The position numbers and the translations under genes are program-made. From assembly GCA_020137815.1 (NCBI GenBank), contig CM035352.1:4960001-5024000 (forward strand): 64,000 nucleotides of DNA. Direction: 5' to 3'. The DNA is from Hormiphora californensis. Lineage: Eukaryota; Animalia; Ctenophora. The notes beneath the pieces were generated by a model that had not been told where the DNA came from, did no database searches, and worked only from the letters and a program-made list of their open reading frames with translations. Of the stretch, positions 1 to 13,200 are shown piece by piece (position 1 is the stretch's first letter; each line of letters opens with the position of its first letter).

Positions 1-21
1 CTCTGTATGACTTATCACTTA

Positions 22-455
22 GGCCGGGTCCAGACGAGTGGTAGGTAGCTACTATAGTAGGCTACTATAGTAGGCTACCATAGTAGCTGGGAACTGACCA
101 GACGAGTGGTAGCAAAGCTACTATGGTAGGCTAGCTACCACTCGTCTGGCCACCCTCTGACACATCTACCATGATACTTCTGTAATCATCGGGGGTATCA
201 AGTTTCGTATGCCCCACAGTAAGATGTGACAACAAGTTGCGATGATAGGTGGTCAGAGGGTGGCCAGACGAGTGACCACCTACCATAGTAGCCTACTATA
301 GTAAGCTACTATGGTAGGCGGTTATACCTCGACCTATAACCGCCTACTATAGTAGCTTATGGTAGATATAGGTGTACAGACGAGTGGTAGCTGTGGTAGA
401 TATCTACTATAGTAGCCTACTATAGTAGCTACCTACCACTCGTCTGGACCCGGCC
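22..455. mobile_element. Palindromic MITE with long TIRs (GGCCGGGTCCAGACGAGTGGTAGGTAGCTACTATAGTAG...) built from CTACTATAGTAG sub-repeats
   Basis: 22-~75 is the reverse complement of ~405-455; flanked by TA/TWA (tta|ggcc...ggcc|taa); no coding capacity. Confidence 0.85.
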
Positions 456-1873
456 TAAGAATCCTGGTACTTTATGTACTAAAGTTCTGTGGTATGGTAT
501 TCCAGCAGTTGACTATCTACATCTGTGGACTTATAGGCGCATGTGACAAAACGTGACACTGTCAACTACAGTTTGATCTGGCGAGTGACAGCACATGTGA
601 CAGTGGATAGACAGCTCGACACTAGACAACAAATGTAGACATCATCTTAATCGCGATATAATACGGCTTGATTGGTGCCTGGTGGTAAAGCTAACACTGT
701 ATAGGGGTTCATCTCTCTTTCTCTATTCTCTCTTTCCCTCTCTCTCTATCTCTTTTTCTCTCCCTATCTCTCTTTCTCTCTCTGTATTTCTCTCTATCAC
801 TCTATCTCTCTCAAGCCACACATAACTTGTGTAGTTTTAGGCTGTCAATACAGCTGAAGGGCAAGCTTTGGGCTATGAATCACAATTTGGCTAGCAGAAT
901 GGTAACCACAGTAACCCATTGGTAAATATGGTACGATATAGGGAACCATGGTAACATAATGATAACCTCTATCTCCACTGCAGGTTACCCTGTCACAAGG
1001 AGGAGAAGTCCAAGTGTAAGCAACAGCAGTCAATATGTTATCGCCCACCCTGTACGGGTACTGAGGAGTCCCCGGAGAAGGAGGACGAGGAACATGATGG
1101 GTAGGTGCATGTTCAGTTTTGTAGACTTGTAGACTCATAGCTGCAAGTTAGTGGGCAATGAAGACTGTTTAGTTAGAAAAGGTAGACGGTGAGCCAATTC
1201 AGTAAATCGACTCCGGGCCTTTGAAACATATTTTGATAACTTTATTTTGTATGTTCAAAATATTAAATCATGGCCGCCCGACCGGTATAGGAAAATAAGG
1301 TCTAGGCGAATTATAGTAACCATTTAATTGCTCAAAGTTACCTTTGGCTCCAATTTGGTTAGTGTCCGGTGTCGGGCATAATAATGGATAAAAGGAATAC
1401 GAGAGAGATCAAATCAGCTCATAAAAAACACAATTTAGCATATACTGGGTGTGATTCGGGGTAGACTTGGATCATGAAGACTGGAACCATATGGGACAGA
1501 GTGCGGCGTCTTCTTTCTTGGGGCTTTGTTTTCTTCTTTATTTGTTCTCTCTCTTTCTCTCTCCCCACTGCCTCGATTATTCTGAAAATCAAATGTACCC
1601 CACCCTGTTACGCTACCTGGTCTTTTTACTAGCACCCTTGGAGTCTGAGAACTTAGGAAGCGAGAGGGAGAGAGTGATGGAGTGAAAGAGAGAGATGGGG
1701 TGAGAGAGATAGTAAAAAAGTGATGTACTGTGTTTCATTTTGCCGAGATTCAACTTCCAATTGCCTGAAAATAGCTACCTGTTGATAGTATAACTCATCT
1801 CTATGTTATAGACGACGATATAAAATTCAATGGTACTGATAAACAGTCTTGTTTATGTCTCTGTTTCGATCTA

Positions 1874-2027
<154 letters not shown>

Positions 2028-2849
2028 TCCTTCACGCCCACTAACTATCTCTATCACTTTATTATCCTTCATTTGATTGCCATTATTATAACCCAGTGCT
2101 GCAGAACAGCATACAACATGAACTGTAATGATCTAGTTTTCCGGTGAATGACTTTTGCAGCTGTAGCAATGTTGAGTTGATTGAAGTTCATATCCCTTTC
2201 GAGGTCATCGCCCATTTTATCAAGTGATTTGTCTATCTCTGTCTATCTCTCTTCCTACCTAGCCCTGTTGATGTGTCCTCGCCCATCCCTTCTCAGCTGG
2301 ATTTCACTGGTCATTGTGCACTCTGTGTTTTTGTTCCTGCATATCTCGCCTTCTTTTCTTGGTTTCCTTACTGTTCATTGCTATGTTCTAACCCTCCTAG
2401 GAGGGTAAAGGAGCTCCTTTATATTTGTGCACGAAAAGAGGGTCGAGCAATTGGCAATCTGTTGAGTCGTTGCAGTAGTGAAAATGCTTTTAAAGATTCA
2501 GTTGATAAATTCGTGAGTGTAGGATCAGGATCTTTCTAATGGCCCCGGACCGATAATATAGACATAATGGCGGGGGAGAGACGCTCCGACCCAACCCCAT
2601 GACTGATGGTATTTTCATTTCAATATTCTTTGTATCAGAAGCCGATGTAGAAACCCTTTTGAGTAGTAACTTGTTCTTACTGCTGTTCTCAGGTCTCCCT
2701 AGACCTGTTATGTTCTAACCCGGTGCTCGGTGAAACAGGGTCGAGCAAGGCAAGCCAGAAACAGTCTGAATATGACAATGAAACTGAAAGGGGGTGCTAA
2801 TATCAATGGGAGATTGATCACTATTGTGAACCATATAATAATCGTCGGA

Positions 2850-3155
2850 GCGAGAAGAGAGAGAGAGAAAGAGTAGAAGAGAGAGAAGAGAGAGAGATAG
2901 AAGAAGAGAGAGAGGAGAGGAGAGAAGAGAGAGAGAGATAGAGAGATATACGAGAGAGAAGATAGAGAGTAAGAGAGATGAAGATACGAGCGAGTAGAGA
3001 GGAGAGAGCGAGAGAGAGGAGAGAGAGAGGTAGAAGAGAGGAGCGTATGAGAGAGATAGAGCGGAGCGAGAAGAGATTAGATAGAGATAGAGGAGAGAGA
3101 CGATAAGAGGAGTGAGATGATGAAGAGAGGAGAGAGAGAGAGAGAGAGAGAGAGA
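2850..3155. repeat. Degenerate AG-rich simple repeat
   Basis: Purine-rich GA/GAGA runs. Confidence 0.9.
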
Positions 3156-4249
3156 CCTGAGAAGTAAGTAAGATTTTTGGGTACCATAGGGCCACAGGAG
3201 TTCTGGCTCCCATCTTCCGTCGTAGTCGGACAAATTATCAAATATGCGTCTTATTCTTCTCCCAATTGAAGTTTCAGCACTCTCTTACTCTCTTACCCTC
3301 TCTCCCTTTCTCTCTCTCTGCTGAAGGGTTGTTTCATAATATTTCTTCATCGGGGTATTGATGTTAGTGGTCCCTCTCAAATTTTCCTGCCCCCCTCCTG
3401 CACAGTGCATAACATTATCTGTCCTTCACACCTCTCCTAAGACGCCCCTCTTCTGACTTTAGTTGTAGGAGAGGACCGGGGGCGTTATCGAAAGTTGTCC
3501 ATACTGTATATTTTATGTGTTGCATTTTGAAAGCTCCCTGGGTATTCCCCCACCGTAGTACTGCAATGCACGGGCCGCCGTAGCCCGTATTACCTCAGAC
3601 ATTCCTCCTCCTCCTCCTCCAAGCTCATCTTTTTTCGCTCTCTATCTTTATTTTCATTTTTGTAAATCCTGTGATAACTCTCTTCCTTTTCCAGCAGCTC
3701 TCTTCTCCGGGCTGTCTACACCCTCCATGCCATTTCCTCGCATCGTGTGATGCACGCAGATTAGAAAAGCGACTGTGTCACAAAGAGATAGAGAATGGTG
3801 GAGAATAATGGTGAGAAAGATAGAGGTTGGTGGAGAATAGAAGTGAATATGAGATGGAGAGAAGAAGAGTGGGAGCTGGAGACGTAGGTCGATGAGACAG
3901 CGGGATTGAAGATGCCGGTTGGTAAAGAGAATAAAAAAGAATGTGAGAGAAGTAAAGGGAAGGGGAAAAGAGAGAGAAGAGAGAGCTGCAGAAGATGAAG
4001 TATTTTTTGTTTTTTGAGCGTCAAGTCTTGATTCTGATAACTGATTGGCATATGAAACGGCCCTTTCTTAAAATGTTGCCGCTTTATCTCTCTCAAACAG
4101 TTTCAATTTCACTCACTTTTATCTGATAATCATTCTCCCTTTCTCTCTTCCTAGGTTGCTCTCTTTTGCTCTCTTCTGCTTTCTCTCTCCAAATCACCCT
4201 TAGCATATCATACGCTCTCAACGTCTGAATCTCTCTATCTTTCTGTTTC

Positions 4250-4301
<52 letters not shown>

Positions 4302-5592
4302 CTCTCTCTCTCTTTCTCTTTCAAATCCACCCGAGCCCTGGACTGCTACTGCAGGTGACCTTCCCTTCTTTAATTTGCCTCGTGTCTCCAGAGAGCGTCC
4401 GCGTCAATCTACCACTGTTTTGTGCTCTCCCTCTCTCAGGCCTTATTTTGATAATTCAATCATTTCCATATATTTGAGTGTTTGTCCCCCCTCTCGCCGT
4501 ACCCCTTTTGTCTGTGCAACCCTAGCTTCTACTTCTTCTAGCTCGATCCTTTAAATATTCCTCTCCGTATTTGCTTTTCACCTAATATTTTTGGTAGTTG
4601 CCCCACTCTCAGTCAGATTTATTTTTAGCCAACAACGAGAACCCCCTGCTGCTACTGCGTCACGTTTATAAATCTTCCAGCTCCGACTAGGACAGGATCT
4701 TGTCTGGATGCTCGCTCTCCTCCTCCTCCTAGCTTTCTTCCCGGCTACTGCCTCGCTCTTCAGGTTTGTTAAAACGTAGACACAACACGTCACGTGGTAA
4801 TCACGTGATCAAAACATTGCATGCAGCAGCTGTAGCCTACTGCAGCAAAGGTCCGGGTAGGAATTGTCTAGATCTCAGAGCTACAAGAGACAATGATGAC
4901 AACAACGTCATGTTTTTCCTGGGCAGTGGGCACATGCCCAATGTTTTGTGGTTCACGCCACTGGGATTCCAGAACTGTCTGTATCCAGATGATATCAAGG
5001 AGGGAGGGGTTGTAGTAGGAAGAGAAGATAGACAGATTGAAAGTGACACTGATCTGTTGTTGGGTGAAGGAAACATGTCACTTATCCAATTATTATTGAT
5101 CAGCTCCTCTCATCGACCTATTTTCTCCTTCTCTTCTCTCTCTCTCTCTCCTCCGACCTCCTCGTTCTCCCTCTCTTTTTCTTACCATCTCCCTATCTCT
5201 TCATATTTTTCTTTCGGCTGCCACGGGGGAGATATCTCTCTCATATACTTGGAAAATTGAAGTGAAGTATTTTATTGGGTAAATAATAAGTTTTGGCATT
5301 CCACTAGGAGAGAAGAAGGGGTGAACTAAAGAGATGGAGATAGAGAGATAGAGAGAGATATAGAGAGATAGAGAGAGATATAGAGAGAAGAAGGGGAGAT
5401 AATGCACAGTTTTACCGATCTTTGATAGTATCTCCGCCCAGTAGTCAAGTTGACGGTAAGTACTCTAGAATTTGGTTGGAACTTCAGCACTTATAATGCT
5501 ACAGCTGATAATAGAGCCACAGAGAGATGATAGTTTTTGATGAAGGAGAGGGAGGGAGGGAGAGAAGGAGAAGGAGAGGGAGGGAGGGAGAG

Positions 5593-5647
<55 letters not shown>

Positions 5648-6812
5648 GAGAGAATTCGGTTAGATTCTGTCGAATCGCTAGTTATCGCGATCACGTTGTT
5701 ACGATTCGCTGATTTTGAGAAGTTCCTATTGGTTACCACTTGATACTACGCACACGTGCTGAAGACATAGTACGGCTTCATCAGTCAAAGTGGCGAAAAG
5801 TAATCGCAACTCACTTTTGTGGAATTTTAATAGAGCACCTAGGTTGGTGATACATAAACGGAGGGTATGATTTAAAGCTGTCAGAGTATTGGCCTGACAG
5901 ATTTAAAGGGCACGCCTATCGCAAGTATTACCCAAGCGTCGGGGCCATATTACACCATAAACAAACACGTCACCTCTTTATCAAGAGATAGACACCCCCT
6001 GACCCCACTGTAAGCAAGCTATCACTCCCCCGCCCTCCTATTCGAAAAGACCACCCCTCCCTATCTGCTCCCAGACCTTATACTTTGATAGTCATCACTC
6101 AGGCCCGGGTGACCGAAATTTTTAGTCTACTTGACAGATGACGTTTTTCAACATATAAAATTTCGAGAAACAGTGTTTCTAAATTCTTGTGATGTGACGT
6201 ATACTGATAGACGTCAAAAATATAGGGTTATTTATCCTCTTTATTTGTTTTCAATCCCAATCCAATATCTCTCTCTTTCTCTCTCCTCTTTCTCTCACTA
6301 TGCCCCACCCCCCATGTCATGTATGCAGCATTTTGCAGCATTATTATCTCACTCATGCAGGTCGTTTGCGTTAAATGGTCCCCTGTAAATATCATATCAC
6401 AAACAGAGGAGGGAGAGAACATAGAAACAAAGAGGGGGAGGGGAATTAGGGCGGGGAATGGGAGTAAAAATAGGTTCACGTTAAATGTTTATTGAATATT
6501 CTTTTTTGACGTGAAACGTGGAAGGATAGGGAAACCTTACTTCTGGTCCTTCTTCTGGAACCTTCTCGAGTTTTCTTTTGGTTTTCGGCACAAGTTGAAA
6601 TTCTAGATTCTAGTAGACTGTGGAACCCTTTTTTTGGTCATTTCGAAAACATAAGTTATAGGAGTCAATAATTATTATTTTCTGGGTACCCTTAGTATGA
6701 TAATTAAATCACAATATCAAGGATTTCAAGGAACCCATCCCTCCGTCGTTATTAATCCGCTCCCCCTTTGTTTCAGGGTTTCCTGTGTTTATAACCATTC
6801 CCTCCCCTTCAG

Positions 6813-9800
6813 ATTTTCAGAGTGGTCACAATGGTCAGACTGCCAGGGGTGCATCCAAACTAGGATGAGAAGATGTGAAGAAACAGTAAAATGTGGCAGT
6901 AAAACAGAGACAGAAACACAACGGTGCACAGACTGTTTCGTGGATACAGGTCAGTAATATAGAATCTCTTTTTCTCTCTAATATCTCGATTAATATCTTG
7001 TTTTTTCTATCCCGATATGTTCTCTCGTTTCTGCTTTTGTGGGTTGGGATAGATCTCATATCAATGCTGCATAAAGGAAGCAGAATAGAGGTGTCATACT
7101 GCTACTGCAGAGCTGTGAAATCCAGTGTCTTTGCAGCATAGTTCATAAATTAGGGTGTGCATTCTTCTCTCTGCCCTCTCTCTCCATCCTTTCCTCTCCA
7201 TCCCTCCCTCGCTCACTCTCTTTCCCCCTCCCTCTCTCTATCTCTCTCACCACGTAGCGTCCTTATGATAGGTGCCTTGTTTACTGTTAAAAACATGCAA
7301 TATGCATCTATCCTATTGCAGCATAATGCGGCGATGACAGAATTTCCTTTTAGTAGCCCACGGGGGTTGGGTGGGGGTGAGGGGGAAGAGGAGAGAGAGG
7401 AGGAAGAGGAGAGAGAGAGAGAGGAGAGAGAGAGATGTGGGAGGAGAGAGGAGGAGAGAGAGAGAGAGAGAGAGAGAGGAAGAGAGAGGGGGAAGAGAGA
7501 GAGGAGAGAGGAGAGAGGAGAGGGAGAGAGAGGGGAGAGAGAGAGAGAGGAGAGAGAGAGAGGAGAGAAAAAGGGAGAGAGAGAGAGAGAGAAGGGGGAG
7601 GGGAGAGGGAGAGAGAGGGGGGAAGAGAGAGAGAGAGGGAAGAGAGGAGAGAGAGAGAGAGGAGAGAGAAGAGAGAGAGAGAAGAGAGAGAGAAAAGATA
7701 TAGGAAAGGGAAAGGAAAGGAAAGGGAAAGGGGAAAAGCGAAAAATGTCAATAAGTCAAAGGAATCCCCCCTTTCCCAATTTCCCCCACGTTCTTCCCAT
7801 AATTTCATAATAGGGCTTACTGCATTCTTTCTTTCGGCAGATTTCCCCGATCCCCAACATTATTATGATTTTAAGGAATTTACCCATTTGAAGTACCTGT
7901 GGATAATGTTATTGAAGCAACATCATATTTTAATCTTCCTTTATAATAGAGGTGCAGGGCCATGAATGATCATTAAATTACCGGTGAGAGAGAGAGGTAA
8001 TTAAAATTCCTTGTTTCCGAAATGTTGTTTCATCCCTTTTTTGGGATGTTAGTGTTAGATAAGCCTAGGAGATTAGAAAAGAAAGGGTGATAAATCAGAG
8101 ACAAAAAGAGCAGAGCCGCAAACGGTGAAAAAGGGGGGGGGCAAAAAAAGGGGGGGGGGATAAAGAAAATATTTATTTTAGGTTATGATCATTTTTTTTG
8201 CCCCAGCCCCCGTGGGGCAAAAAATCCATGGCTGGGGAATTTCTCCTAATTTCCTTATATTTTAACCAACACATATTATAGATGTATCTTCTTTTAGACA
8301 CCATCATTCTTTTTTTTCCCCCCTATTTCGTCCTCATGTCGGGGGGGGGGGGGGGGGCTAACAATCACAATAACTTAATTTTCAGACCTGTTGGGGGCAA
8401 TGGTCCCCTTAACAATGAGTATTTATATTCTTCATTTTTTAAAAGGGCCATTTTGACATGAAATTTACCCCTACCTTATCGGGGGGGATCTATTGGGTTT
8501 TGGGAAAAAACCCCTAAATTTTTTAAGGGGGACCCCCCCTTTTTTTTTTTTTAAATTTTTTTTTTTTGCNNNNNNNNNNNNNNNNNNNNNNNNNNNNNNN
8601 NNNNNNNNNNNNNNNNNNNNNNNNNNNNNNNNNNNNNNNNNNNNNNNNNNNNNNNNNNNNNNNNNNNNNGGGGAAAATTAAAATTTGTTGAAAGGATCGG
8701 GAGGGAGAAGCCTGGCAGGATTAGAAAAGAAAGGGTGATAAATCAGAGACAAAAAGAGCAGAGCCGCATACGTGTGAAGAAGGTCAGGGGCAAAAAGGGA
8801 GGGGATGAAAGAAACATATTTATGTTTAGGTTATGATCATTTTTGTGCCTAGCACCCCGTGGTGCTAATTATCCATGGCTGTGAATTTCTCCTAATTTCC
8901 TTATATTTTAACCAGCACATATTATAGATGTATCTTCTTTTAGACACCATCATTCTTTTTATCACACATATTTCTGTCCTCATGTCTAACCGGGGGGGGG
9001 GGGGGGGTCTAACAATCACATAACTTAATTACAGACCTGACTGGATCAATGGTCCATTAACAATGAGTAGTTAATTTATATATTCTTCATTTTTCAAAAG
9101 GCCATTTTGGACATGAATAGAATAATTATCTGATATTTGAGACCATAATTATCAGATTGTCCATCAGTATTTCTAGTCACCAACACACGACACCTGATTA
9201 AGGTTGACTAATAGCTCTGCAGTACTAGTGATCGGGTCAAAAGGGACGACCAGTCCAGACCACCTTCTGGAATTAAGATCTTGAGATTCGATCTTCCCTC
9301 TCTTTTCTTCCCCAATCGTGTCTACGATTTTCCTCTCGACTCCTCCCTCTCTCTCTCTTCCCGTTGCACTCAGTAGCTCCATCCTCTTTGAGAAGACCTA
9401 ATAACACACCCTTTGGAAATTAGTTCAGGATCAGCTCTCTTGAGAGAAAAGGGGAGAGAATAGGAGAAAAGAGAGAGAGAGAGTGGGAGAAAGAGAGAGT
9501 TTTCTTAGCGAACTCGGGGGAGCTAAGTGTAAAAGAATAATGAGAGAATAGACGAATAAAAGACGATCATTATTCATTAAGTTGATAAAGAGTCTCCATG
9601 GCTGTAGATGTAACGAAATAAAGTCCTAGTTTGGAAAAACCTTAGAATGAGTTATTGAGTTTTCTTCCTCACACACACGTACGCACCTACTGCAGCAGCA
9701 TCATGTATAATACACGGGGGGCAGGGTACATGTTCCAAAAGGTGTACTACAGGATATAACAAGCCTTGGGGAGTTGTTGTAGGAAAAACACACTCCCCAT

Positions 9801-10201
9801 GCACCTCCCATGCTTCTTCAACAGCCCCTAGTGTACAATGCTACTTCTATACAATTCCACTGCACGTCTAGGTTTCGACTAAACTGGGACGTTCTAGCTT
9901 CAAAACTTTAAATTATCGGTATCTTGCATGAACCTAAAAACTAGGCACTACACAAACCCCTGTAATTATATTCGTACGCATGTGTAATTCTGCACATGAA
10001 TTTAACCTCATAGCTACAGTTCATGGCAGCCGTACTAGCTAGGACTGCAACTTACGAGTTTTAATTGTGCAGTACTGTTACAGTAGGGAAAGAAGAAGGG
10101 TTTACGAGGTAGATTGCCCCGTTTCCCAAAAAGAGACATAGATTAGAAAGACAGAAAGATAGAGGGATCGGTGAGAGAGAGAGTGAGAGAAAGAGAGAGA
10201 A

Positions 10202-10276
<75 letters not shown>

Positions 10277-13200
10277 GATAGAAGGAGACGGACGACAAGT
10301 AAAGATATTGTGACAAATGAACATCATGTCTCCTCATAACCAGACCTACCTTCTCTACGCTTCACTGAAATAGTCTGGTTGGATGTGGATAAAGTACTAC
10401 AAAGTGATTCATTGTAACTTTTGTAGATTCATTTATTGAGACACGACTTGTCACCGTACATTAGCATAACTTATATTCGCATTTCACATGTACATTAGAC
10501 GTGAGAGGAGAAATCGTTTATCCAGTTTTTGGTTATGTGCAACAAACATTGTGATCACTAAGTACAAAATATGAACTCTTTTGGATCAGATAAAAGAAAG
10601 AATATGTGAAAAGAATGTTATCGCTTGGTCCTTAGAACAAACATCTCCAGTACCTGTCTGTTGTACTGTTCTACTAACAGTGAAGACCATGGTACCTGTC
10701 TATGCTTTGTAACTGTAAAGGACCGATAACAAGATGCCATGCTGTCGCTCACAAAATTCTGGGTAGTGTACTGGGAAGGCTTCCCTATGTCTGGATATGT
10801 TGGGATCTCTAGTCTCTACTAGGATCCTAGCAAACAAGAGGGTGGGGTTTATTATAGGGAAGTTTATTATAGGTCTATGTAAGAGATGGGTTCCGGATAT
10901 ATGAACATTTAGTTGTAATTGATAGATATTCTAAACCATCCTTTTCCTCCCTCCATACTATATCGTCTACCCTCCCTCAGAAACAATAAAACAATGTTAA
11001 TATCATCCCTCCCTCTCAGAAACAATGACGAGATGCCAGCAGATCCTCCACGAGCAGACCAACTTTGGGAGGACCAGATTCCGGGTTCACTGTACGGAGG
11101 ACGGGTTGTTTACAGCACAGCAATGTGAAAGTGATCGATGTTGGTGTGTACATGGTGACACAGGCCGGGTTATTGTGGGGACAACTCACACCGCTAATGT
11201 GACTTACAACTGTGATAGACGTGAGTAGTATTTAGGGTGGCATTTTGGGTGACATTTTTTGTGTCGTTTAGGGTGCCAGGATCATGATGTTTTAATATTT
11301 TGACATTTACAAATATTACTTTGTGTTTGGGGGTCAGGGAAGTTTACACATATATCTGCAGTCTCTTTAAGAAACATTATGTAGGGTAGACTGGGACGGG
11401 GGAGCGCGATAATGGCCTCATATTATCACTAAGTAGTAACATATCCTACCGAATGATTGAGTACATGGAAAGAGATCCTGATATAAAGTTTGTGTGTGAT
11501 AGTGTGTCTATATCTCCGTGTGTGATAATGTGTGTGATAGTGTGTCTATATCTCCGTTATAGACCCATATTATTTCTGATCAATCTACATGACGGATGTG
11601 TATGACACAAAGAGGTCTGCTTCTTTTAGGGAGGCAGTGATATGTGGAAATAGTAACCCTGAAACCTTGCCCCCTTTTACAGCGGGTTTATAGTGGGAAT
11701 ATAAGTTATCTTCATGGGGATGTAAATTCTAATCAGGAACCCCGAACCGACCGAACCAGGAAATACTGGTCCCTGATTGGCTGATAACCAGTCACGTGAC
11801 CTAAATAACGAGTTCTGATTGGTTGTTTACTTGTTTCGGCCGGTTCATGGTTCTAATTATACTTGTACTCTCACGCACAGAGCGACGCAGGTCCCCTAAG
11901 GACCGGCCTAAGTTAACTATTCTTGATCTGTATCTGTCTTGTGGGCTGGTATCATGATCGTAGTGAGCGGGACTGATGATCTGCAGAGCCGGCAATTGAA
12001 GTCGGCAATGATACTGATATCCATTACTATTAGGTTAGTTATTAGGTTTAGGTTAGTGTAGGCCCTGCAATTGCAATAAAATGTAATGTTACTATATCGG
12101 ATATTATATTAGGGCTGGGAATTCCACGTTGCAAAATATATAGAAACGGAATTGAAAATTCCTGAATAGGCCGGGAATGAGAGAAAGTGGGAGTGGAGAA
12201 AAATGGGAGTTGACCTCAGCAGTATAGTGCCATACCAACATTAGTATATCAAGTAGAATCCATACAATCATGACAATAAGTATGGCAAATAGTAGTTGTG
12301 ACTACTCAGATAAAATCGTCAAATAATGTTGGCGCTCGCCAGGTATTTTTACCATAATTTATGCACATATTATAAGTTATAACTGATAAGCTTTTTATGT
12401 AGCTTCTTATTTCCCCACGGACGGTGCACTTATAACACCCCCCCCCCCCCCCCGCCAACTAAACCCTATTTACCCCCCCCCCCCCCCCACTAAACCCTAT
12501 TTACCCCCCCCCCCCCCCCCCACTAAACCCTATTTACCCCCCCCCCCCCACTAAACCCTATTCCCCCCCCCCCCCGCCCACTAAAACCCTATTTAGCCCC
12601 CCCCCCCCACTAAACCCTGTTTACCCCCAGTCAGTGAGATGACGGAGTGTAGGGCACTAGCAACAGTAGCTGAAGAGGACAGCAATGATAGCAATGGTTT
12701 TGTACCCACCTGTATGTCTGATGGTTCCTTTTCTTATCGGCAGGTAGCTAGATACCCATACAATAAATTAGTGATGATAATTATTAATTAGTTTCAATTT
12801 CATTATGTTCTCCATTTCTCCGTTTCCATTTCCTACATGGTATGATCAGCAATATGTGTGACCAGCAATGTGTGACCAGTGTGATCCCCTTCCCAGGACC
12901 ATGATACGACACAGTGGTGTGTACACCGGGATGGATACGAGGTAGAAGGAAGCAGGATATCAATTAACGAGGATTTATATTGTCCGCCAGGTAAACTGAG
13001 AAGTCAACAGAATACAAAATTATACCTTGCTCGATCGATCCTCTTACAAATATTGGAGGGTTAGAACAGCCTCTGCTAGTCGTGATGTTTTGCAGTTGTC
13101 AACAGTATGACACCATATTATACAGCATATATTATGTGCATGTGATGGTATAATTTCAGTCTGCTCCTATCATGGCCAGATAGTTTTTCTGTCGAGTGTC

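Noticed and set aside
1030-1110. Signal-peptide-like minus-strand reading MHLPIMFLVLLLRGLL...
   Set aside because: Stops after 26 codons and no downstream exons were found.
4766-5260. 164-aa ORF and a Cys/Trp-containing alternative frame at ~4890-5015 as a possible upstream exon of the ECM gene
   Set aside because: No convincing domain or splice-site pair; cannot be supported without RNA data.
8063-9115. Apparent tandem duplication around the N gap
   Set aside because: First copy degrades toward the gap with inflated homopolymers: assembly or read-end artefact.
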